From contig JBDGPQ010000073.1 in assembly GCA_042219595.1 (NCBI GenBank), positions 1-63,470 on the forward strand: a stretch of DNA of 63,470 bases. The letters run 5' to 3'. The position numbers and the translations under genes are program-made. Every line of letters begins with the position of its first letter. The stretch's first letter is position 1. The notes under the pieces are model-generated. The model was not told the DNA's origin. It made no database searches and saw only the letters and a list, made by a program, of their open reading frames with translations. Of the stretch, positions 46,910 to 55,280 are shown in pieces. This stretch comes from Haloarculaceae archaeon (lineage in GTDB: Archaea; Halobacteriota; Halobacteria; Halobacteriales; Haloarculaceae).

Positions 46910-47914
46910 ATGATCGCGAACGCTCGGGTCCTGCAGGAGGATTTCGTCCCGCGGGACGTCGAGCACCGCAACGGGGAGATCAACCGACTCTCGACAGCCC
47001 TTGAGCCCCTCCTGTCCGGCGAGCCCGCGGAGACGCCGCTCGTCTTCGGGCCGACCGGCGCGGGCAAGACCTGCGTGGCCCGGTACACCACGGAGCGGCT
47101 CCGCGAACGCCTGCTCGACGTCCGAACGACCTACGTCAACTGCTGGACCGACCACACCCGCTTCGGAGTTCTATACACCCTCCTCGAGGCGATCGGTCGA
47201 ACGGCCGATATCCACCGCCAGTCCACACCCCACGACGAGCTACTCCGGAGGATTCGCGACGCCGACGACGTCCCATTCGTCGCAATCCTCGACGAGGTTG
47301 ACCAGCTCGACGATCCTGACCTGTTGTATGAGCTCTGTGGCGTGCCTCACCTTCATCCGATACTGATTGCCAACCGCGAGGCGGACTTCTTCGCTGGCCT
47401 TGATGAGCGGGTGCAAAGCCGGTTGCGGGCTGGTCCACGCGTGCGGTTCGACCGGTACGGCATCGAGGAACTGGTGGCCATCCTCACTGCACGGGTCGAA
47501 CGGGGTTTCGAGCCCGGAACTGTCGATCAGGCTCGGCTCGAGACCATCGCCGACGCTGCCGCGGGCGATGCACGCGTCGCCATCCGGATCCTCCGGGCGG
47601 CCGCCCGAAAGGCGGAGGCCGACGGTGCCGGCCAGCTGACCGAGGACCACATCGAGGCGGCAATCCCCGCGGCCCGGGATGCCATCAGGCAGCGGACGGT
47701 TGACGCGCTGACGCCTCATCAAGAGGCGCTGTTCGAGCTTATCGAGGCCGCTGGCGAGATCAGCCCTGGGGAGCTGTACGAGCGCTACACTGCGGCCGTC
47801 GACGAGCCGAAGAGCCGCCGGACTGTGCGGAAATACCTCAGCAAGATGGATCAGTACAATCTCGTCGATGCCCGCGGCGAGAAGCGCGGGCGGACTTACG
47901 CCATCGTAGACTAG
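46910..47914 (+). CDS. Orc1/Cdc6-family AAA+ protein, short paralog (334 aa)
   Basis: It has FVPRDVEHRNGEINRL, Walker A GPTGAGKT, Walker B VAILDEVD and a C-terminal winged helix (RRTVRKYLSKMDQYNLV). Confidence 0.9.
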   Translation: MIANARVLQEDFVPRDVEHRNGEINRLSTALEPLLSGEPAETPLVFGPTGAGKTCVARYTTERLRERLLDVRTTYVNCWTDHTRFGVLYTLLEAIGRTADIHRQSTPHDELLRRIRDADDVPFVAILDEVDQLDDPDLLYELCGVPHLHPILIANREADFFAGLDERVQSRLRAGPRVRFDRYGIEELVAILTARVERGFEPGTVDQARLETIADAAAGDARVAIRILRAAARKAEADGAGQLTEDHIEAAIPAARDAIRQRTVDALTPHQEALFELIEAAGEISPGELYERYTAAVDEPKSRRTVRKYLSKMDQYNLVDARGEKRGRTYAIVD

Positions 47915-48007
47915 TCGATGAAAGCGGTGCCGGTGCGTCCGACCACTTTCGGCCGTAACGGCTCCACCCCGGCACCACTTACGAGCCCGACCGTCCTCCC
48001 TTCAGGC

Positions 48008-48673
48008 ATGGTCGACGACGTGCTCCCGACCCTCGAGCCGGGTCTCACGCATCTCGATAGCCCAGGCCCGCGCTCGACAGCGCTCCACCGGGTGGTCGTT
48101 GAGGAATGCCTCGAGCGGGACGGACTGGTCTACTGGCTCGACGCCCGCAATGTCGCCGCTAGCTACGCACTGTACGAGCTGGCGCCCCACCGCCGCGCCC
48201 TCGACGGCATCCGCGTCGCACGGGCATTCACAGCCTACCAGCACCACACCCTTGCTCGCCGACTTGTCCGTGCGGTTGACGGTCGAACAGCCCTGGTTGT
48301 CGCACCAAACCTCGCATCGCTATACCGCGACGACGACGTCCCCGACTACGAATCGGAGGACCTCTATGCCGCGACAGCAACGCTGCTTGCCGGTCTCGGC
48401 GACACCCACGACGTTCCGGTCCTGGTGACAACCGACGCCTCTGGAGCGGCCCTACCGCCTGCCATCGGCGACGACGCTGCTGAGTGGTCCTGCGAACGGA
48501 CTCAGATGGGACTACGGTACGCGGGCGCGGGCGGCGAGACGCAAGTCTACGTAAAGGACGGCTTCTGGCAGACGACGATCCCGTACTGGGTGGAGCTGTT
48601 TGGGAGAACGCGCGACCTTGCCTCGCCCGCCGCCAGCCCATCACCCGCACCGGCACTCGCCGATTGGTCGTAA
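48008..48673 (+). CDS. RecA/RadB-like fold protein with degenerate P-loop
   Basis: The pattern LPTLEPGLTHLDSPGPRSTAL...LVYWLDARN...ALVVAPNLASLYRDDD...VPVLVTT follows the RadB/KaiC strand order. The GxxGxGKT lysine is missing. The track start at 47918 would add a basic 30-aa extension. Confidence 0.5.
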   Translation: MVDDVLPTLEPGLTHLDSPGPRSTALHRVVVEECLERDGLVYWLDARNVAASYALYELAPHRRALDGIRVARAFTAYQHHTLARRLVRAVDGRTALVVAPNLASLYRDDDVPDYESEDLYAATATLLAGLGDTHDVPVLVTTDASGAALPPAIGDDAAEWSCERTQMGLRYAGAGGETQVYVKDGFWQTTIPYWVELFGRTRDLASPAASPSPAPALADWS

Positions 48674-48903
48674 TATATCGGAAATAAATACTTTCAAGGA
48701 TATGGTCGAAATTATGATTTGTCGCCCAATACCCCGCGACGTCCGGCGATTTTTGAATATGTCATTGATAATTCCGTGATGAACGACGAAACCCATGTAA
48801 ACGCGCTCGTAGAAGGTTAGATAGGGTTATTTTACAAATTTATGGGTGAAATAAACGTCAGCCGCACGTATGACAATCGTCATACAACCAATTTAGTTAT
48901 ATG

Positions 48904-49746
48904 TTACTTGCGGCGGAGCGAGCGGACTTTCTCAACGTTCCAGGCGTACCCACGACCATCATCAACGGGCGTCTCGAGCACCATCGGCAAGTCGCGAGTT
49001 GCCTCGTGATTGATCAGCGTCTCGAACGGCGCGTCCCCGATCTCACCCTCACCGATGTGTGCGTGTTCGTCCTTCTCAGAGCCGAACGGATGTTTCGAAT
49101 CGTTGAGGTGGAGGTAGTGGAGATTCTCAAGGCCGACGCTCGCTTCGATCGTCTCAATGAGTGAGTCCATGTCTTCATCAGTCGAGAAGTCGTGACCGGC
49201 CGCCCATAGGTGACAGGAGTCGAGACAAATCCCCAGATCGTCGGTGCCGTACTCGGAAACTTCAATCATCTTGGCGAGCTGGTCCATATTCTTCCCGAGC
49301 GTCGTGCCCCGGCCCGCAGTGTTTTCGAGCAAAACCATCGTCTCCTCGGGAATATCGAGGCGTGACAACCGCTCGCCGATATTTTCGATCCCAGTTTCCA
49401 CGCCAGCGCCGGTGTGTGATCCCGGATGGAAGACGTAATACGGAATCCCCAGACTGGCAGCGTTCTCGAGTTCGGCTTGCACGCAAGTCACTGATTTGTC
49501 GGCAAGATCGTCCTTTGGTGTCGCGAAGTTTATCAGATATGTGCCGTGGACGATCCACGGGTTGACATCCGCTTCTGAACTGGCTGCCTGGAACTCCTCC
49601 CCGTCCGATGGATCAATATCGGATACCGACCAAGTGCGCGGGGAGCCGACGAAAATCTGGCCGCAGGTCCCGCCGAGGTCGACCTGTTCCTCGACGGCGT
49701 TTGCGACACCTCCGCTGATCGAGACGTGTGCGCCAAGCCTGAACAT
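48904..49746 (-). CDS. nfo: Endonuclease IV (AP endonuclease, TIM barrel)
   Basis: The ATG at 49746 gives MFRLGAHVSISGG. Later motifs are HGTYLIN, VFHPGSH, LENTAG, CLDSCH and HLNDS. Confidence 0.9.
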   Translation of the reverse strand: MFRLGAHVSISGGVANAVEEQVDLGGTCGQIFVGSPRTWSVSDIDPSDGEEFQAASSEADVNPWIVHGTYLINFATPKDDLADKSVTCVQAELENAASLGIPYYVFHPGSHTGAGVETGIENIGERLSRLDIPEETMVLLENTAGRGTTLGKNMDQLAKMIEVSEYGTDDLGICLDSCHLWAAGHDFSTDEDMDSLIETIEASVGLENLHYLHLNDSKHPFGSEKDEHAHIGEGEIGDAPFETLINHEATRDLPMVLETPVDDGRGYAWNVEKVRSLRRK

Positions 49747-49845
49747 GCCCAGGAGATTCGAGCACGTGCGTATAAAGCGCCCGGACCGTGGGGGACCCAG
49801 GAAGCATTTAAGCGAACCGGCCAAAGTCCGGACGACGACGCCACG

Positions 49846-51309
49846 ATGACCGGCGAGCATATCGAGGTCACCGAGCCGGGCGGCGATGATGTCCGCTTAC
49901 CTCTGGTAGACATTCTGACGGGCCGCGGATTCGTCACGGGGAAGTCCGGTAGTGGGAAATCCACCAGTGTCAATGTCATTGTTGAGGAAATCCTGGATCT
50001 GGGACAACCCTTGCTGATCGTCGATACAGACGGAGAATACTGGGGGCTGAAAGAGCAGTACCAGCTCTTGCACCTCGGCAATGACGAACAGTGTGACGTT
50101 CGCGTCACAGCTACGGATGCGGAGAAAATCGTCGATCTGGCCCTCGTCGAACGCGTTCCAATCATTTTAGATACATCAGGTTTCATCCATGAAGAAGACG
50201 CTCAGGACGTTGTCTTCCGGGTCGTCAGGGAGCTATTCCACCGTGAAAAAACCCTCAAGGAGCCCTTCCTGCTCATCGTAGAGGAAGTCCACGAGTACAT
50301 CCCGGAAACCGGTGGGCTCACCGAAATGGGCGAGATGCTGATTCAGGTGGCAAAACGCGGACGGAAACACGGGTTGGGATTTTGCGGGGTCTCACAGCGG
50401 CCCGCCTCCGTAGATAAAGACTTCATAACGCAATGTGACTGGATCGTCTGGCATCGGCTAACGTGGAAAAACGACACTGAGGTCGTTCGATCGATGCTCG
50501 GCAGTGATGCTGCCGCGACAGTCGAGGAACTCGATCCGGGCGAGTGTCTGCTCATGACCGACTGGGACGAACGTCTTCGCCGGGTGCAATTCCGGCAAAA
50601 ACGAACATTCGACGCTGGAGCGACACCGGGCTTCGAGGATTTCGAGCCCCCACCATTGGTCCCGGTTGATCCGGCGATACTCGAGCGATTCGACGAACGC
50701 CGTCAGAACGTTGATTACAGCGACCTCGAGGGGGACGAGCCGATGGATTCCTCGACGGATTCGCTAGCAATCGACCAATCGAAAGACGATACCGAGGAAC
50801 CTGAACAGAGGTCTCCCGAGACGGAAGCGTCTGTAGAGGACGAATCCCGCACGGATTCGACCGATCAGATCGAAAGTAGCAGCACAGCAGACGTGGACCC
50901 ACCGGTGGACTCGAACGATCGAGCCGAAATCAAGGAAGCCGAGCGATCGACTGAATTGGATGAGGACAACGAGATCATCGCAGATGCCCCGGAGCGACGG
51001 CGTCCTAAGGGTCCGCGGCCAGCAAATGGCCGCAAAGCCCGGGCCAGTCCCGCGACAACGCCGCCTGCCTCAGGAACAGAGGGTATCCTGGTCGAGTTTG
51101 CGGAACTCGTTCTGTTCCTCACGAGTTGGATAAGGGCTCAACTGGCGGCTATTGCGCTCGTCATCGCAGGACATGTCGGCAGTACAGCACGGTGGATCGC
51201 GACCCGTACAGACTTCGAGAGCGATGACATCGAGGTAGTTCTCTGGGCAGTGATTGCCATCGGCGGGATCTTGGTACTGGCTGCGTTGATCGGCGCGTTC
51301 CTATCGTGA
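49846..51309 (+). CDS. HerA/FtsK-superfamily (DUF87-like) P-loop ATPase with acidic linker and C-terminal TM anchor
   Basis: Walker A is GKSGSGKST, Walker B is LLIVEEVHEY, and QRPASVDKD is present. There is an acidic low-complexity region of about 150 aa. Two terminal TM helices follow (ILVEFAELVLFLTSW..., VVLWAVIAIGGILVLAALIGAFL). Confidence 0.8.
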   Translation: MTGEHIEVTEPGGDDVRLPLVDILTGRGFVTGKSGSGKSTSVNVIVEEILDLGQPLLIVDTDGEYWGLKEQYQLLHLGNDEQCDVRVTATDAEKIVDLALVERVPIILDTSGFIHEEDAQDVVFRVVRELFHREKTLKEPFLLIVEEVHEYIPETGGLTEMGEMLIQVAKRGRKHGLGFCGVSQRPASVDKDFITQCDWIVWHRLTWKNDTEVVRSMLGSDAAATVEELDPGECLLMTDWDERLRRVQFRQKRTFDAGATPGFEDFEPPPLVPVDPAILERFDERRQNVDYSDLEGDEPMDSSTDSLAIDQSKDDTEEPEQRSPETEASVEDESRTDSTDQIESSSTADVDPPVDSNDRAEIKEAERSTELDEDNEIIADAPERRRPKGPRPANGRKARASPATTPPASGTEGILVEFAELVLFLTSWIRAQLAAIALVIAGHVGSTARWIATRTDFESDDIEVVLWAVIAIGGILVLAALIGAFLS

Positions 51310-51480
51310 AGCAGCGAGAGACGCTTGGCCGAATTTCATAGCAAAGATAAACCATAGAGCCATTTGGCTCAGCTAGGGGCGACTCTCCGTCGCACCGCGG
51401 AAATTTGATCACTTGATCGAAAGTTCGGTAGGTGGAATAGGTCAGCAAATCTCCGAAGATGTCGTCCGGGAAGTGATGGC

Positions 51481-51963
51481 GTGACGATGTTTGGGATATG
51501 GGGGAAAGCTTCATCCCGCCGGCCCGCGCGGATTCGCACAGCCGTGGTTGAGCGCCAATATGCCGGGCTCTTTGTGGTCCTGATAGCCCTATCGACGCTC
51601 GTTATTACAGCGAGTCTCGCTGGCGTCCTCGCCCTCACCGAAGGACTCGTCCGCGGCGTCGGAGCCCGGATCCCATATTACGTACTCGCGGCCGCTATCG
51701 TCTTCGTCGCGCTCGTCGTTTTTCTCGAGTATCAACTCGACGATGGATCAGTCATCATAACGACAAGCACGGTTGTCGCGGCCGTTTCGTTATTCGCAAT
51801 CTCGCTGTCCTTCGAGGGTATTCTCTTTGCGCTCGAGAATCAAAGCTCGCTCTTCGCCAACCTGCTGCCCTATTTCCTCGCTGCCGGATTGTTTTCGACA
51901 GGCCTGATCATCTGGGCCGTCAATCACTGGCGCGAGTTCGTTTCACAAACCCGGGTTCGGTGA
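51481..51963 (+). CDS. Polytopic membrane protein, unknown function
   Basis: It has four predicted TM helices. The start is uncertain. Confidence 0.5.
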   Translation: MTMFGIWGKASSRRPARIRTAVVERQYAGLFVVLIALSTLVITASLAGVLALTEGLVRGVGARIPYYVLAAAIVFVALVVFLEYQLDDGSVIITTSTVVAAVSLFAISLSFEGILFALENQSSLFANLLPYFLAAGLFSTGLIIWAVNHWREFVSQTRVR

Positions 51964-52233
51964 CTAGTCCTAGAGACGTCCAGGACATCTAGCGAAAGCC
52001 TAGACAGAACAATCTAGTTACAGGGCTTTGTTTTGCCAGATGTCTAGTCAACACTGTCAGTGTCCAAAGTTTTAAGTGATGGCCTTGGTATGTTCAGGTG
52101 GAAACACATTCCGTGGGAGGAATGGAGGCCAACTATCGGACGCCCGGATTCGGGATATTCCATCGACGGGGGTCCACTGGGAACGCGGGCGGCTACCCGC
52201 GGCCCACGGAATCGTCGTTTCCGGACTACCCCC

Positions 52234-52557
52234 ATGGCCGTCGAGACTGACCACCACGACAGGACCACAGAGGAAGCCGCCTCTACTCCGGACCGTAACG
52301 GCGTGGCTGTCGAATTCGCCGACGGCGCTGTCCGGCGGTACGCGGTGGTGGTTCGGCCCCGCGACGGCGATTGGTTCCACGCCGAGCGGCTCGTGGGAGA
52401 CGGCGACGGGTTCGACGATGAGGAGATCGAGGCGATCAATCCGGATTCAGTCACTCGAATTCGCTCGGATCAAGTCCACCGGTGTGGCACTGCCGCTGTT
52501 CATATCGCAGACGGCCTTCTCGTGGACCCCGAACGATTGGCCGCCGAATGGGCCTGA
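52234..52557 (+). CDS. Hypothetical acidic protein (107 aa)
   Basis: The ATG at 52234 gives MAVETDHHDRTTEE. The upstream part of the track ORF is basic and overlaps an ORB-like spacer. Confidence 0.4.
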   Translation: MAVETDHHDRTTEEAASTPDRNGVAVEFADGAVRRYAVVVRPRDGDWFHAERLVGDGDGFDDEEIEAINPDSVTRIRSDQVHRCGTAAVHIADGLLVDPERLAAEWA

Positions 52558-52614
52558 TTCACTTCCGCCTCGCTGCCGGCTGGCCCTTACCGCAGTGACC
52601 CACCCCGTTCAGAT

Positions 52615-52872
52615 ATGGGACGGACGAACCCAACCTTCCGGGACGTCCTCGAGCGTACGCGCGAAGAGTACAGACCCTTTCGCCGGGGGTTGCGGGCGAC
52701 CCAGCAATCAACATTCGACGCGCTGTTTGACGACGCTGCGACCCATGCCGACGCCGCTGGCTACATGAACGCCCGCGAGCCGATGCATCCCATCTTTCTG
52801 GCGATGCTGCTGGCTCAGAAGCGGGAATTGCATGCCCTCGAAGAACGGGTAGAGGCTCTCGAAGATGTTTAA
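52615..52872 (+). CDS. Small helical protein translationally coupled to the family-B polymerase
   Basis: The 85-aa ORF overlaps the polymerase ATG by 8 nt (GAAGATGTTTAA). It has a predicted C-terminal coiled coil (KRELHALEERVEALEDV). Confidence 0.5.
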   Translation: MGRTNPTFRDVLERTREEYRPFRRGLRATQQSTFDALFDDAATHADAAGYMNAREPMHPIFLAMLLAQKRELHALEERVEALEDV

Positions 52873-55039
52873 ATTCGAGTTCCTGAAAGAGGGCGTCCGT
52901 GGCTGGACCGCCGACCCGGACGGCGGCGCGACTCCCCACCTCGACGAACACTACCACCCAACGGTCTACATTCGGCCGCCAGCCGGTCAGCTCGACGCAC
53001 TGGCTGATCGCCTCGCCGGCGATCCGAAGCTCGTGGCCACAGCCGTCGAGGAGCACTTTCTAGAACTTGACGCATCCGAGCGCCGGCCTGTCCTTCGGGC
53101 CGACGTCGAGCGGGAGGCCGACGTCGCGCCACTCGCCCGCGAAGTCAAACACACTCACGAACGGGCGCTCGCCGCGCCGGGGGCGGTCCGGCTGTACAAT
53201 GTCGACCTTGCCCCGCAGTTCCGGTACTGCCTCGAGACCGACACTGACCCGACGCCGGCCCGGCCGCTCACACGTCTTTCGATCGACCTCGGCGAGAAGG
53301 CTCTCGCGGACAGCGAGGTGACGGCCCTCGAAATCGACGGCGATCCCGTCGCCACGGATCCGGTCACAGTCCTCCAAACGGTCGATCGGCGGATCTCCGA
53401 GATCGATCCGGATGTCCTCGAAGTAAGCGCGGCGGCGGTGATTCCGCTGTTGTTCGAGGCCGCCGACCGCCACGGCGTCGACCTGGCGCTCGGTCGCCGA
53501 CCGGGTTACGAACAGCTCGCGGGTGCAAACACTTTCGAAAGCTACGGCCGGGTCGGCCACTCACCGGCTCGATACGACGTTCCTGGCCGGGTCGTCCTCG
53601 ACCGGGGCAACAGCTTTCTTTTCCACCATTCGAACCTCGCTGGCCTCCGCTACCTCGTCACCCGCTCGCACAAGCCCGCCCAAGAGGTCGGCTGGGCGAG
53701 CATCGGAAACGTTCTGACGGCGATCCAGATCCGGGAAGCGGTCGAGCGTGACGTTCTCGTCCCCTGGAACAAGTGGCGCCCGGAGGAGTTCAAAGACATC
53801 CACACGCTCCACGCCGCGGACCGGGGTGGATTCATCTTCCAGCCCGACGTCGGTCTCCACGAGGGCGTTTGTGAGGTCGACTTCGCGTCGCTCTACCCAC
53901 GGATCATCTGCGAGCACAACATAAGTCCTGACACGCTGGGGTGTGATTGTCACGACAACGCACCGCTACCGGACCTGCCGTACTCGATCTGCGAGGACCG
54001 GGGCTTTCTCGCCGATGTCCTCGAACCGCTGCTCGACGATCGCGCAGCGATCAAAACTCGGAGAGCTACCCTCGAAGGTATTGATAGCCCAAATATATCC
54101 TTCGAAGGTACTACTACAGAGCGGCTCGCTGCGGCCGGCCTCGACCCAGACGCGCCGGACGACCTCGCGGCCACCTCGAGCGCAATCAAGTGGATCCTCG
54201 TCTCGTGTTTCGGCTACCAGGGCTACCGGAACAGCAAGTTCGGTCGCATCGAGTGCCACGAGGCCATCAACGCCGTCGCACGGGATGTCTTACTTACCGC
54301 CAAAGAGTGCGCCGAGGAACGCGGCTGGCGCGTCGTCCACGGCATTGTCGACAGCTGCTGGCTCGAACCCGTCGATCCCGACCACGCCCCTATTGACGAG
54401 GTGATGGCCGCGGTCACCCAGGCGGTCGGCATCGCGCTCGATCTCGAAGCACGCTACGACTGGATCGCGTTCTGTCCACGTCGTGAAACCGGCGGGGGCG
54501 CGTTGACACGGTACTTCGGCCGGCAGGCCGACGGCGGGTACAAGCTTCGCGGGATCGAGGCACGCCAGCGATCGACACCGCCGTTTGTCGAGTCCATGCA
54601 GAGGGATCTGCTCGATGTCGTCGACGAGACCCGGGATCCCGAGGCAGTCTGCGAGCGACTTCGGGCCGCGATCGACCGCTTACGTGCTCGTCGCGTCGAC
54701 CCCGACGACCTCGTCGTCCGAAAGCGCGTCTCCCAATCGCTCGCAGAATACGACCAGGCGACTCACACCGTCGCCGCGCTGCAACGCTGTCGGCTCCACG
54801 ATCTCGAACGTGCGCCCGGCCAGGACGTCCGCTACGTCGTCGTAGATGACACCGCCGAGAGCCGGGAGCGCGTCCGCCTCCCGTTCGAGCCTGTGGACGA
54901 CTACGACGCCGACTTCTACGCAGACCTTCTCGTACGGGCGGCTGAGAGCGTGATCGCACCGATCGGCTGGGATCGGACCGACATCCGTCGGTACCTCCGC
55001 GGTGCCGAGGACTACGAATTGCGGGCTTTTGCGGAGTGA
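52865..55039 (+). CDS. Family B DNA polymerase with degenerate exonuclease and motif C (PolB2-like)
   Basis: Motif A is DFASLYPRII. Motif B is KWILVSCFGYQGY. Motif C reads HGIVDS instead of YGDTDS. The KxY region is YKLRGIEARQRS. I see no DxE/NxxxFD/YxxxD exonuclease motifs. Confidence 0.85.
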   Translation: MFKFEFLKEGVRGWTADPDGGATPHLDEHYHPTVYIRPPAGQLDALADRLAGDPKLVATAVEEHFLELDASERRPVLRADVEREADVAPLAREVKHTHERALAAPGAVRLYNVDLAPQFRYCLETDTDPTPARPLTRLSIDLGEKALADSEVTALEIDGDPVATDPVTVLQTVDRRISEIDPDVLEVSAAAVIPLLFEAADRHGVDLALGRRPGYEQLAGANTFESYGRVGHSPARYDVPGRVVLDRGNSFLFHHSNLAGLRYLVTRSHKPAQEVGWASIGNVLTAIQIREAVERDVLVPWNKWRPEEFKDIHTLHAADRGGFIFQPDVGLHEGVCEVDFASLYPRIICEHNISPDTLGCDCHDNAPLPDLPYSICEDRGFLADVLEPLLDDRAAIKTRRATLEGIDSPNISFEGTTTERLAAAGLDPDAPDDLAATSSAIKWILVSCFGYQGYRNSKFGRIECHEAINAVARDVLLTAKECAEERGWRVVHGIVDSCWLEPVDPDHAPIDEVMAAVTQAVGIALDLEARYDWIAFCPRRETGGGALTRYFGRQADGGYKLRGIEARQRSTPPFVESMQRDLLDVVDETRDPEAVCERLRAAIDRLRARRVDPDDLVVRKRVSQSLAEYDQATHTVAALQRCRLHDLERAPGQDVRYVVVDDTAESRERVRLPFEPVDDYDADFYADLLVRAAESVIAPIGWDRTDIRRYLRGAEDYELRAFAE

Positions 55040-55280
55040 GCTAAGTGCCGCCCTCCGTGAGTAGCTCAACGTCGGCCTCGCGTTCCTCATTCAGGAAGGA
55101 GGGGGTCGTCTCTTCGGACGAAATGTCTTCGCGCCTAACCGATTCCTCGGACTGGTGCACGAAGAATTCGTGGCACATACATGTGGGGCTATGGGCTTGA
55201 TCATGTTAGAAGTTGTCATGGATATGTATCGGAGCAATCAAGCCGGGCCGCTTTTTCCGCTGGACGCCAAGGCGAGGCCG

